Numbered from the stretch's first letter, positions 19,327 to 28,996 are shown. The stretch: DNA of 64,000 nucleotides from Nitrospirota bacterium (GCA_035623825.1 DASPSR010000019.1:1-64000); one strand, 5' to 3'. A program made the numbers and translations. Notes: generated by a model not told the origin, from the sequence alone.

Positions 19327-20382
19327 TCACTTCACGCTCTTCAAAAATCGATTTATGTCGAACTCGATATCCATCAGTTCCTTGACACGCTCCACTTTGC
19401 GTTTCTCGCGAATGCTCGTTTTCCCCATACTGATTTCGATTTTGTCAATGGTCGTGAAGGTGTCATCCGGCACGGAAATGACGGGGATACCTTTAGCTTG
19501 CGCTTTTCCGATAACCACGTCATTCGTAGCGAGCCCGCCGGTCAGGATGACGCACTTGGTCGATGTCTCCATTGCAGCGAGTTGAATATCAGCGCGATGA
19601 GCGCCTGTGATTACCGCCTTGTTCGGCGTCCTGCGGAAGTAGTTCAAGGCGCTGTCAACATCCATTGCTCCAATTGAGAAGTTCTCAACGAACTCATCAA
19701 GCTTCTCCTCGCAGCATAGCACTCTGCCGCTTAGGATATCATTAAGCTGCCGGACGCTTACCGATTCGAGGAAGTGGTCTTTGGGAAAGACACCGAATAT
19801 CCTAACACCTTTCTTCTCCAGGAACGGCCGCACCGTTTCCTTCACATACCCTACTATGTGCGCCGGGACCTTATTGAATACGGCACCCGCCAGCTGATCT
19901 CCCAAGATACGATACGTGCCGAAGAGAGAGTCTGCAGAAATATCGCCCCTCCACGGTTCTACCATCAATACATGCGCTTTCATGTCGGCAACGAGCGATA
20001 AGGCATCTATGTTTAGCAGGGAACCTTCGAAAAGGTCTCCTGCACCGCCCACGACCACGAAGTCCTTGTTCTTAAGAGAGCGGAGCGAGTTCAAAATATG
20101 TTTTCTTGCGTCCTTGATCTTCCCCTGGAAGAGCAGGGTCTGCGTCTCGTAACTCAAGACGAAAGGAGAGATCACATCCAGAGATTCCGTCAGACCTAGT
20201 GTCTCCTTTAGGAACAGGGCGTCGGCGTCGTAGATGTTCCGTTCCTTTTTTATCGGAACCTTGCCGATGGGCTTTATGTACCCAATCTTGTATCCCCGTT
20301 CCTTCAGTTTCATGGCTAGGCCGAGGGAGACGAATGTCCTCCCGGAGTAACCGGTAGTGGATGCGATGAATATAGATATCAT
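19327..20382 (-). CDS. Phosphotransacetylase N-terminal-like protein (BioD-like P-loop + DRTGG domain), no Pta catalytic domain
   Basis: STTGYSGRT, GYIKPIG, IGAMDV and VITGAHRADIQLAA..LTGG; AAGGAGG RBS before ATG 20382. Confidence 0.88.
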   Translation of the reverse strand: MISIFIASTTGYSGRTFVSLGLAMKLKERGYKIGYIKPIGKVPIKKERNIYDADALFLKETLGLTESLDVISPFVLSYETQTLLFQGKIKDARKHILNSLRSLKNKDFVVVGGAGDLFEGSLLNIDALSLVADMKAHVLMVEPWRGDISADSLFGTYRILGDQLAGAVFNKVPAHIVGYVKETVRPFLEKKGVRIFGVFPKDHFLESVSVRQLNDILSGRVLCCEEKLDEFVENFSIGAMDVDSALNYFRRTPNKAVITGAHRADIQLAAMETSTKCVILTGGLATNDVVIGKAQAKGIPVISVPDDTFTTIDKIEISMGKTSIREKRKVERVKELMDIEFDINRFLKSVK

Positions 20383-20403
20383 AAAAACCTCCTTAGACTG
20401 GCG

Positions 20404-20462
20404 GTTCAGCAGCCAGGAGCCAGAACCCGGAAACCAAGAACTGAGTTCTGGGCCCAACTGTT
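20404..20462 (-). repeat. Degenerate heptamer tandem array
   Basis: Plus strand 20407-20441: CAGCAGC CAGGAGC CAGAACC CGGAAAC CAAGAAC, followed by complementary GTTCTGG. Confidence 0.55.
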
Positions 20463-20837
20463 AACATCCAAGGTCTGTCCAATGATTTATCCCTCTATTT
20501 CGGAATAATCTTTTGCATTAATACCCCATAATTTTGGATCACGATAGCAGCGTCTCAACTTCGCCGCATGAATGTCCAGAAACAAACAAAAACGCGCGTA
20601 TTCTTTCAAAGGTTTCCCTACCGCCTTCGCAATATCGGATGGAATGGAAGCAACAGCACATTGTAGTTGTGACGCTGACCTGAATATCTCAGCTCATGAG
20701 AACTTTTTAGGTGCTTTCTATCATCAGGACTAGCGAATAATACTTCTGCCACGCCGTCAGTCCTTTGATTCTCTGTGCCCATACGCTGCGTATCCCCATC
20801 GATTTTCCTATGCTTTTGGCTTAATACCTCCTAGACT

Positions 20838-22931
20838 CTATCTCTTGAATATTATCCGTGCGTCGAGTGCGATTGCTCCTTTATCCAGAACGACGAGAGG
20901 ATTGATATCAAGCTCTCGAATCACTGGGAAGTCGGCGACGAGGCAGGACAGGCGCAGGATGCTCTCGACCAAGGCTTCCATGTCGACTGCCTTTTCGCCG
21001 CGAGCGCCGCGTAGCAGGGCCGCTGTTTTGATCTCATTCACCATGGCCCGCGCATCGCGACGGGAGACGGGCGCGATGCGAAAGGCTACATCCTTGAGCA
21101 CCTCGACGTAGACGCCGCCGAGACCGAACATTAGCATATGGCCGAAGGTGCGGTCATGGGTCGCGCCAAGGATAACTTCCTTGCCTCCTGTGACCATCTC
21201 ATAAAGCATCGCGCCCTGGATGAACGCATGAGGCATAAGCCTCCGGGCATTCGAGGTGATCTCAATGAACGCATCTTCCGCTTCTTTGGAAGACGTGATG
21301 TGCAGTTTAACACCGCCAATGTCAGTCTTATGCAGAATGTCGGGGGATGCGACCTTCATTACCGCAGGGGCCCCGATACTGGAAAAAAGCGCCGCGGCCT
21401 CTTTTGATGTCCTTGCCAACACATTCCGCGGGAACCTGAACCCGTAGTGGGCAAGGATTGCCGACGCATCATCCTCACCGAGCTGAAATGTATTCGTAGC
21501 CATAGCCCCGTCGATTTTCTGCTGCACAGCGGCCTTGCTCACCTCAAGACACGCAGGCCGTTGCTGTTCGCTATCACGCCAGGCACGGTGATCAGATAAC
21601 CGTTTGAAGGCCTTGACAGCGAGCTCGGGATAGGAGAAATTCGGGATCTTGGCATCCTTGAGCTTCTTGACGGCAGTCCGCACGCGAGCTTCACCCATGA
21701 AAGAGGCGATGATCGGCTTGTCCGTCGTCCTAGATGTCGCGATGATGACATCGGCGGTGTTCTCCGTGTCCGTCATTGCTTGGGGTGTAAGGATCACGAG
21801 TATACCGTTCACGTTCGGGTCCCTGGCAGCCTGCTCGAGTACGGTTGCAAATCTCTCCGCGGTGGCGTCGCCGATCACGTCCACGGGATTGAAAACCGTG
21901 GCGTTCGGCGGCAGGTTCAATGCCATTGAGGCTATGCTCTCTCTGGTCATGAACGGCAGCTTGATGCCTAGCCGCTCTGCTGTATCTGCGGCAATGATCC
22001 CAGGGCCACCGGCGTTCGTGATCACAAGCAGCCCGTTCCCCGCTGGGATCTTTCCCTCGGCAAAGGCCAGCGCAGTATCGAAGAGGTCTTGTACACCTTG
22101 GGCGCGCATGATCCCCGTCTGCCTGAAGGCCGCGTCAAAGGCAATGTCCGAACCGGCAAGAGCGCCGGTGTGAGATGATGCTGCGCGAGCTCCGGCCTCA
22201 GTACCGCCTGATTTCAGGAGGATGACCGGCTTGACTTTGGTGGCTTTTTTCGCTACTTCCATGAACCGTTTCCCGTCCACCACGTCCTCGAGGTATCCTA
22301 GGATCAAGTCCGTGTCCGGGTCGTTCATGAAGTATTCGATGAAGTCAATCTCGGAAAGGTCCGCTTTGTTCCCGAGACTGATAAACTTGGAGAACCCGAT
22401 CTCGTTCCCTATGGCCCAGTCCATAATGGCGATGCCCATGGCGCCGGACTGGGAAAAGAAGGCGATCGAGCCTCTGGGAAGCATGTCCGCCGCGAAGGTG
22501 GAGTTCATGCTGTTCGCCGTGTTGATGAGGCCGAGACAATTCGGGCCGAGGAGGCGGATTGCCTGCTCTTTACTGATGGTTCGGATCTCTTCCTCGAGCC
22601 GGTTGCCTTCCTTGCCTGCCTCCTTGAAACCCGCGCTCAGGATGACCGCTGCCTTAATGCCGGCGGCAGCACATTCCCTAAGCGATCCGGGAACGATGCG
22701 TGCGGGTACGGCGATAACCGCAAGGTCGGTGTTGTCACTGTCACCTATCGCTGAGACCGCTGGATAGGCCTTCAGGCCGAGGATTTCGCCGCCCGAAGGA
22801 TTAATGGGACAAAGCCTACCGCCGAAGTGATGCCGGAGCAGGTTATAGAGAACCGCATGGCCGACTTTTTTCGGATCCTGGGATGCGCCGATGACGGCGA
22901 TGGAACGGGGATTGAAGAGGGCATCAAGCAT
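20838..22931 (-). CDS. ADP-forming acetate/acyl-CoA ligase (fused alpha-beta, ACD family)
   Basis: IAVIGAS CoA-binding domain, GPNCLG, SQSGA, GNKAD, catalytic SHTGALAG, NAGGPG, NPVD and ATP-grasp HKTDIGGV, DINPL. Confidence 0.93.
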   Translation of the reverse strand: MLDALFNPRSIAVIGASQDPKKVGHAVLYNLLRHHFGGRLCPINPSGGEILGLKAYPAVSAIGDSDNTDLAVIAVPARIVPGSLRECAAAGIKAAVILSAGFKEAGKEGNRLEEEIRTISKEQAIRLLGPNCLGLINTANSMNSTFAADMLPRGSIAFFSQSGAMGIAIMDWAIGNEIGFSKFISLGNKADLSEIDFIEYFMNDPDTDLILGYLEDVVDGKRFMEVAKKATKVKPVILLKSGGTEAGARAASSHTGALAGSDIAFDAAFRQTGIMRAQGVQDLFDTALAFAEGKIPAGNGLLVITNAGGPGIIAADTAERLGIKLPFMTRESIASMALNLPPNATVFNPVDVIGDATAERFATVLEQAARDPNVNGILVILTPQAMTDTENTADVIIATSRTTDKPIIASFMGEARVRTAVKKLKDAKIPNFSYPELAVKAFKRLSDHRAWRDSEQQRPACLEVSKAAVQQKIDGAMATNTFQLGEDDASAILAHYGFRFPRNVLARTSKEAAALFSSIGAPAVMKVASPDILHKTDIGGVKLHITSSKEAEDAFIEITSNARRLMPHAFIQGAMLYEMVTGGKEVILGATHDRTFGHMLMFGLGGVYVEVLKDVAFRIAPVSRRDARAMVNEIKTAALLRGARGEKAVDMEALVESILRLSCLVADFPVIRELDINPLVVLDKGAIALDARIIFKR

Positions 22932-23113
22932 AATAGGTTAAGTTTAGTTGAGAAAAAGCAGATGGTCAAGGCCGGCTTCTGGGGGCATTTTCAGGAGATG
23001 CCGACCAGGCGAGATTCCAGTAAAATCAGCAACAAACGAGGCGTCTAAGATGGCAAAACTCTTCATGAAGCCAGCGACCTTTCTGCTATACTTAAAGATG
23101 GCAGGAGAGGCTA

Positions 23114-25009
23114 GTGATTAAACAGGAATCGTACAAGCATCTGGACTTAATGAGATCGCTCTATCCTGAGAAGTTTCCGGCCGAGGAGGGGGTCTTCAGC
23201 CGCATCCATCCGGGCAACAGGATCTTCATCGGCACGGGCTGTGGCGAGCCCCAGTACCTCGTGGGCGCTCTAATCAAATACGTTCAGTCCCATCCCAAGG
23301 CATTTTTCGATACCGAACTCTTGCAGGTCTGGACGCTGGGTGTAGCGCCATACGCCAATGCGAAATTTAAAGACATATTCCGACATAACTCGTTCTTCAT
23401 CGGAAGCAACACGCGCGAGGCCGTGAACCGCGGCATCGCAGACTATACACCCATCTTCCTGTCCCAGGTTCCCGCCCTGTTCCAGAAAAAGCTTGTGCCC
23501 ATAGACGTCGCCCTTATACAGACCTCCCTCCCTGACAAACACGGGTACATGAGCCTCGGCATCAGTGTGGACATCGTCAAGGCGGCAACTGAGAACGCCT
23601 CGCTCATCATCGCCCAAGCGAATGCGCACATGCCTCGTGTCCTCGGCGACACTTTCGTCAATATCAAGGACGTGGACTTCGTCATTCCACATGACGAGCC
23701 GCTCCTTGAATTCGAGGTCACCGTATCGGACGAGATCGCCCAGAGGATCGGAACCTACGTCTCGCGCATCGTGCTTGACGGTGACACCATTCAGGTCGGA
23801 TACGGGAGCATTCCAAATGCGATCCTCACCCACATGCAGAATAAAAAGCACCTCGGAGTTCACACGGAACTCCTGACCGATGGCATAGTGACGCTCATGA
23901 AACGAGGAATTATTGACAATTCTAAAAAAGAGGTGAACCGCGGCAAGACCGTGGCGGCCTTCTGCATGGGCAGGCGCGAGACCTATGAGTTCCTTCACGA
24001 CAATCCGTCCATTGAGTTCCGTCCGGTGAACTATACCAACAACCCCACAGTGCTCGCCCGCCAAAAGAACATGACGGCCATTAACAGCGCCCTCGAGATC
24101 GACCTATCGGGCCAGGCCACCGCCGAATCCATCGGGAAAACCTTCTACAGCGGCATCGGTGGGCAGGCAGACTTCATGCGCGGCGCGATATTGTCACAGG
24201 GCGGAAAGACCATCCTTGCCCTTCAGTCTACGGCCGAGAACGGCGAAATCTCGCGCATCGTTCCATTTTTGAAGGAGGGTGCAGGGGTGACGCTGTCGCG
24301 AGGCGATATCCACTATGTCGTGACGGAGTACGGGATCGCCTATCTCCACGGGAAAAACATCCGGGAACGGGCCTTGGAACTGATCGCGATCGCGCACCCG
24401 AAATACCGGCCCTGGCTCATTGAGGAGGCCAAGAAGCGTAACCTGATTTATGAGGATCAGGCTTTCATCCCCGGCGTACAAGGCGAGTACCCCGAAGAAC
24501 TTGAGGCTTACCGCACCACAAGGACAGGATTGAACATTCTGCTGCGGCCCGTAAAGCTCAGTGACGAACACCTATTGAAAGACTTTTTCTATTCACTGTC
24601 GAGCGATTCGCTCTATCGTCGGTTCATTTCCTCACGGACCGATATGCATCACGAACGGCTTCAGCCCTTCGTGGTCATCGACTACACCAGGGAGATGGTG
24701 ATCCTCGCCGTACTTTCGCACGAAGTGCACGAGCATATCGTGGGAATGGCTCAGTATACCATCGACCAGACCGCGCATACAGCCGAGGTCGCCTTCGTGG
24801 TAAGAGACGACTATCAGGGCAAGGGGGTTGGCGCAGAGCTGCTCAATTATGTCACCTATCTGGCGAAGAAAAGCGGCCTGCTTGGATTCACAGCAGCGGT
24901 ATTGATGGAAAACAGACAGATGCTCCAGCTGTTCGAAAGAATGGGATTCAACGTAGAAAAGAGGGCGGAGGCGGGGATATACGAGCTTAAGATGTCCTTC
25001 AGGGATTGA
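23114..25009 (+). CDS. Acetyl-CoA hydrolase/CoA-transferase fused to a C-terminal Pat-type GNAT acetyltransferase
   Basis: GDTIQVGYGSIPNA, LGVHTE, SGIGGQADF and YVVTEYG; GNAT domain with SLYRRF, IDY..EM, AEVAFVVRDDYQGKGVG and ENRQML..F.RMGF. Confidence 0.92.
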   Translation: MIKQESYKHLDLMRSLYPEKFPAEEGVFSRIHPGNRIFIGTGCGEPQYLVGALIKYVQSHPKAFFDTELLQVWTLGVAPYANAKFKDIFRHNSFFIGSNTREAVNRGIADYTPIFLSQVPALFQKKLVPIDVALIQTSLPDKHGYMSLGISVDIVKAATENASLIIAQANAHMPRVLGDTFVNIKDVDFVIPHDEPLLEFEVTVSDEIAQRIGTYVSRIVLDGDTIQVGYGSIPNAILTHMQNKKHLGVHTELLTDGIVTLMKRGIIDNSKKEVNRGKTVAAFCMGRRETYEFLHDNPSIEFRPVNYTNNPTVLARQKNMTAINSALEIDLSGQATAESIGKTFYSGIGGQADFMRGAILSQGGKTILALQSTAENGEISRIVPFLKEGAGVTLSRGDIHYVVTEYGIAYLHGKNIRERALELIAIAHPKYRPWLIEEAKKRNLIYEDQAFIPGVQGEYPEELEAYRTTRTGLNILLRPVKLSDEHLLKDFFYSLSSDSLYRRFISSRTDMHHERLQPFVVIDYTREMVILAVLSHEVHEHIVGMAQYTIDQTAHTAEVAFVVRDDYQGKGVGAELLNYVTYLAKKSGLLGFTAAVLMENRQMLQLFERMGFNVEKRAEAGIYELKMSFRD

Positions 25010-25273
25010 GGACGAATCGAGGTCGTAAGTGCCGCTTTGGACCGGAAGAACGAAGAGGCGCACATCTTGATTTCTCCTTTACGGGCGTGCTTGACACTGT
25101 GTATTTATGCACAAACTTCGGGAAAGAATTGCTGTATGCCTTCTTTGTTTTATGCTATAGTGACGGGGAAGTGCCTCCTTAAATGATAATTGCATGTCAT
25201 GTTCGATATTACAACAGCTCCAGTGAAATTATCGGCAAAGAAAAACGACATTCATATTTTTTTTTCCTATCTC

Positions 25274-26170
25274 ATGATGGACAAACGACAATATGGAATC
25301 GGAGTTTTGAGGCGGTTCTTCAGCTTCCTCTTGAATGTTGCACGTGATTTCAAACGCAATCAGGGTCTGCTTTTGTCCGGGGCCGTTGCCTATTACACGC
25401 TGTTGTCCATCGTCCCCATGTCGATTATCGGCCTCATTGGTCTGTCTCATTTTATAGAAGAGGAACAGTTGTTCCACACATTGTCCACGTACCTGGAAAT
25501 GATAATCCCGGGCTATGCAGCTACGTTGACGGAACAGGTAAGGGTATTTATCGAGCACCGAAATTTTGTCGGCATCATCGGCTTTCTGGTCATGCTGTTT
25601 TTCAGCTCCATTGCCTTTACCGTGCTTGAAAACGCCATGTCCGTGATCTTTTTTCACCGTGTCAGAATAAAACGACGTCATTTTCTCATCTCCGCCATTA
25701 TCCCTTATGTGTATATCCTGGTACTGGGCATGGGGATATTGCTAGTGTCGTTTATTACGGGAGCAATTGAGACACTTGAACACAGGCAAGTGATAATTTT
25801 CGGGTGGAGGCTGAGCCTTGAAGGCACTGCCGGGGTTGCGCTGTATATACTAGGGATCGCCGGCGAAGTGTTTCTGCTCACGTCGATCTATCTGGTCATG
25901 CCTGTTGTGCGCATCACGTTTCGGCGCGCGCTGATCGGGGGGATAGCTGCAACGATCTTATGGGAGATCACTCGCCGCGTGCTGATATGGTATTACTCGG
26001 TAATTTCTATGGTAAATTTAATTTATGGGTCCTTCGCAACGGCAGTGGTGGCACTTCTCAGTACAGAAGCTGTGGCATTGATCCTTTTGTCGGGCGCTCA
26101 GGTTATCGCAGAACTTGAGCGTAAAGGCGACGATAGCTCCAAGGAGAACTTGTCGGGTTTTGAGACCTGA
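25274..26170 (+). CDS. YihY/BrkB family inner membrane protein
   Basis: GAVAYYTLLSIVP, ALIGG..A..LWE and IYGSFA; about 6-7 TM segments. Confidence 0.9.
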   Translation: MMDKRQYGIGVLRRFFSFLLNVARDFKRNQGLLLSGAVAYYTLLSIVPMSIIGLIGLSHFIEEEQLFHTLSTYLEMIIPGYAATLTEQVRVFIEHRNFVGIIGFLVMLFFSSIAFTVLENAMSVIFFHRVRIKRRHFLISAIIPYVYILVLGMGILLVSFITGAIETLEHRQVIIFGWRLSLEGTAGVALYILGIAGEVFLLTSIYLVMPVVRITFRRALIGGIAATILWEITRRVLIWYYSVISMVNLIYGSFATAVVALLSTEAVALILLSGAQVIAELERKGDDSSKENLSGFET

Positions 26171-26195
26171 TGACGATGAGGTTTAACTTATAGCT

Positions 26196-26215
26196 CCCAG
26201 CAGCTTGCTGCAGGG
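26196..26215. repeat. Short REP-like palindrome
   Basis: CCC-A-GCAG-CTTG-CTGC-A-GGG just after the yihY stop codon. Confidence 0.35.
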
Positions 26216-26529
26216 TCGCCGCAATAGTCGCCTCTCCCATTATGGGCGGATGTTGGGCGTACCTGAAGCGCGGGATGCGGACGGTTAACCTCCTCATCAG
26301 TCCTATCCCATCGCGGAACGGGGAGTCGTCGATGATCAGATGCCACGAAGGTTGGATAGGGATGGGTATTGAATTGCGTATGCGAATAGAAGAGGAGGAA
26401 ACATCTGACGGCAATAGATCGATGCGGACTTCCTGCAAGCTGATTATGGGATAGACAGCAGGTGTGTAAGTTTCGATTGTTTGTCAATGCAAGGGGCTTT
26501 TTCTGATCATGCCTTAGCGGAGGATGGAC

Positions 26530-26850
26530 ATGGCGGAAGAAAAATTATTTGCCGATGTGATTCAGGGCATCTATGAGGCAAAAAAGAATGGAGCCCTTTA
26601 CGTGAGCATGATGGAGTCCAGCGAGGACCTCTTTAGGATTTACTTTAAGAACGGAGAAATCTATCACATCCAGTACGGTTCAGCATCTGGAAACGATTGC
26701 CTCGATATCATTGAGTACTACACGCTCCACAGCGCTACGTTTTTCGAGGGAATCCATGCGCCAGAGAGGGCCCCTTCAATGAACCTTCCACCGACCAAGA
26801 TCATCGTCGCTTTGCTCAGGAAGATTAATAAGAAGGTGAAAGTCCGATAA
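26530..26850 (+). CDS. Hypothetical protein resembling a stand-alone DUF4388/PATAN-like domain
   Basis: KKNGALYV...RIYFKNGEIYHI pattern (G-L-V ... IYF..GEI); GGAGG RBS. Confidence 0.65.
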   Translation: MAEEKLFADVIQGIYEAKKNGALYVSMMESSEDLFRIYFKNGEIYHIQYGSASGNDCLDIIEYYTLHSATFFEGIHAPERAPSMNLPPTKIIVALLRKINKKVKVR

Positions 26851-26963
26851 ACGGTGCTGCAGCCTGTATTCCATTGCATGGCGGGATAGTAACGGCCAAG
26901 AGTATCCTCTGTTCCCTTTATGTGGGGGCAGGCTGTACCCTGTTGGTAAAACAAGAGGTGCTT

Positions 26964-27434
26964 ATGAAAACTTACTGGTTCTCATTGTACGATCTCGTCC
27001 TCGCTCTCTGGGTTGGTGGGATTGCGGCGTTCACGTTCATCGTCACGCCGGTCATTTTCCGGTCATTCGGGCGGGACTTGGCAGGCAAAATTGTGGGGGA
27101 ACTTTTCCCTGGATATTTTCTTTACAATCTCTTCCTTGCCGGTCTGGCGCTGCTACTGTTTTTCGTCGTTGCCGGCGATCCATCAAAGACGGCATACTGG
27201 CTATCGCTTTTTCTCCTTGTAGCTGCCCTCACCATAAATGTATTTATCGTGTTCAAGTTGCATCCTGATGCGGTCAAGGTGAAGCAGGCAGTGACGTCCT
27301 TTGAGCGCGAATCGCCAGATTCGCCGATGAGAAAAAGATTTGCGAAACTGCATGCCGTGAGCGCTGTCCTGAATTTATTGCTTCTCGCGGACGGCATCAC
27401 ACTTCTGATAGCCGCACCGCTCTTGAACCGATAA
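26964..27434 (+). CDS. DUF4149/TMEM205-like membrane protein
   Basis: LWVGG..FTFIVTPVIF, AGKIVGELFP.YF and RFAKLHAVSAVLN; 4 TM segments; GAGG RBS. Confidence 0.85.
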   Translation: MKTYWFSLYDLVLALWVGGIAAFTFIVTPVIFRSFGRDLAGKIVGELFPGYFLYNLFLAGLALLLFFVVAGDPSKTAYWLSLFLLVAALTINVFIVFKLHPDAVKVKQAVTSFERESPDSPMRKRFAKLHAVSAVLNLLLLADGITLLIAAPLLNR

Positions 27435-27568
27435 TTCTTGAAGCTGTCGAGTTATCATGCCCAGCTACAGGAATTAATTTCAGCTGGCATTAGCCGCAAG
27501 CCTAGAGAAGATGGCAAAAGGAATGCACAATCTCTTTAAAAAACCGATTGCCACCGGTCAAATTTCGC

Positions 27569-27597
27569 TTGACATTTTTCACGGAATAATAGATATT
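27569..27597 (+). promoter_or_regulatory. Probable sigma70 promoter of the tRNA-Val/Asp pair
   Basis: TTGACA, 17 bp spacer, GATATT, ending 22 bp upstream of tRNA-Val. Confidence 0.5.
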
Positions 27598-27619
27598 ACG
27601 TGTCTCCACTCGTTGGAAC

Positions 27620-27695
27620 GGGCGGATAGCTCAGCTGGGAGAGCACAGCCCTTACAAGGCTGGGGTCACAGGTTCGATCCCTGTTCCGCCTACCA
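27620..27695 (+). tRNA. tRNA-Val (TAC)
   Basis: GGGCGGA/TCCGCCT acceptor stem, CAGCC-CTTACAA-GGCTG anticodon arm, GTTCGATCC and CCA. Confidence 0.97.
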
Positions 27696-27703
27696 TACAA
27701 TAC

Positions 27704-27771
27704 AGTTCAGACTAATGAGATCGGAATTAGGGGTTCGTAAGCTCCCGGCTCTGCACTCTGAACTTTCAACT
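27704..27771 (+). repeat. Inverted pair of degenerate heptamer arrays forming the tRNA spacer
   Basis: AGTTCAG ACTAATG AGATCGG AATTAGG GGTTCGT then GCTCCCG GCTCTGC ACTCTGA ACTTTCA ACT; AGTTCAGA and TCTGAACT are exact reverse complements. Confidence 0.65.
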
Positions 27772-27775
27772 AATA

Positions 27776-27852
27776 GGGGTGGTAGTTCAGCCGGTTAGAA
27801 CGCCGGCCTGTCACGCCGGAGGTCGCGGGTTCGAGCCCCGTCCACCCCGCCA
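27776..27852 (+). tRNA. tRNA-Asp (GTC)
   Basis: GGGGTGG/CCACCCC acceptor stem, CCGGC-CTGTCAC-GCCGG anticodon arm, GTTCGAGCC, G discriminator and CCA. Confidence 0.97.
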
Positions 27853-28081
27853 TTCTTCTCAATCTTTATCATAGAAGTTCTTTTCTTGCAAATTCGTTAA
27901 GAATGCAAAAAATTGAAGCCTAGCATTTCATGCTTCCTTCAAATTTTCTGACCTCAGCGCTTCAGCGTGGCCTTTGACGAGAAACAGGGCTGTCGCGTGT
28001 CTTTCAGCGGATTCACTTTTTCGCAATATTCATGCGCGCCAAAAGTTTTATAAGGAATGAGGTCATTATGACGGGGGTTGC

Positions 28082-28119
28082 AAAAATAACAAGCCGAGGC
28101 ATAATGCCTCGGCCTTGTT
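28082..28119 (-). terminator. Intrinsic terminator of the ferritin-like gene
   Basis: Minus strand: AACAAGGCCGAGGCA-TTA-TGCCTCGGCTTGTT-ATTTTT. Confidence 0.7.
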
Positions 28120-28154
28120 CTGATTTTATTGTTCTCAGAAGAGGGAAAGCATCG

Positions 28155-28580
28155 TTATATTCCCAACAACGTCGTAAACGTATCGTGGTGGTCTTCTTCC
28201 TCAGCCAAAATCTGCTCAAAGAGCAGCCGCGTGGTGCTGTCCCCTTCGGAGCTTGCCTGTTTGATGATCTCCTTGTAAAGATCGATGGCTTCTTCCTCGG
28301 CTTTGGCGTCGTACTCCAGCATCTCTTTCATCGCGCCGCCAACCTTGATAGGTTCCGGCTTGGTCGTGGGGGTGATGTCGAAATAAAAAAGTCGCTCGGC
28401 GATTTTTTCAGCATGCTTCATCTCCGTGATAGCAACATCCTCGAACACATCAGCTATCTCCTCCGATTCCATGCCTTTTGCCATCACATGCTGCCACATG
28501 TACTGCACGCTAACCTGGATCTCACGGGCAATCGCCTTGTTCAAAAGGTCCGTCAATTTGCCGCTTGCCTTCTGCACCAT
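28155..28580 (-). CDS. Bacterioferritin-like ferritin-family protein
   Basis: Di-iron ligands RE..QY, EMKH, EEEA..Y and EEDH; the Met of EMKH matches the Bfr heme ligand; AAGGAG RBS. Confidence 0.88.
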   Translation of the reverse strand: MVQKASGKLTDLLNKAIAREIQVSVQYMWQHVMAKGMESEEIADVFEDVAITEMKHAEKIAERLFYFDITPTTKPEPIKVGGAMKEMLEYDAKAEEEAIDLYKEIIKQASSEGDSTTRLLFEQILAEEEDHHDTFTTLLGI

Positions 28581-28996
28581 ACCATTCTCCTTTCTTGTTG
28601 TAAAATGACCGATACTCACTTCCCAAAGTTTACCAGAAATTCAAAGAAATGGGAATGTCATTATGATTTCCATGGCAGGAGGTAATGATGATATTTCCAT
28701 AGTCCAACCGATAAGGCCGCGGTCACAAGAGGCATCGCTGGATTTTCACGTGGAAGGAGGACTTCTGACGAACATGTATAGTGCAGAATGAAGTTGTCTG
28801 CCCGGACCTCACCTCGGCTTGGAGGGGGCCCGGAGTTATATATGTGATCTGACGAGCGGTTTCGCCTGGACGTCTCGCTGTCTGATACAGGGTTATACAT
28901 AGGGGAAGGTGCTGTAGCTTTTTAGGCTACTCGGACATGTCGGGAAGATTTGGGTGGCGATTACCGCCCATTAACTTGTGCAAGCCTATGTTTTAT

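Noticed and set aside
27511-27527. Second sigma54-like motif TGGCAAAAGGAATGCA upstream of tRNA-Val
   Set aside because: The -12 match is weaker, and a sigma70-type TTGACA promoter closer to the tRNA explains its transcription.
28774-28902. Possible short selenoprotein (MYSAE-TGA-SCLPG...) with a downstream hairpin
   Set aside because: RBS spacing is poor, there is no recognisable selenoprotein family, no sel genes are in view, and the hairpin could be chance.
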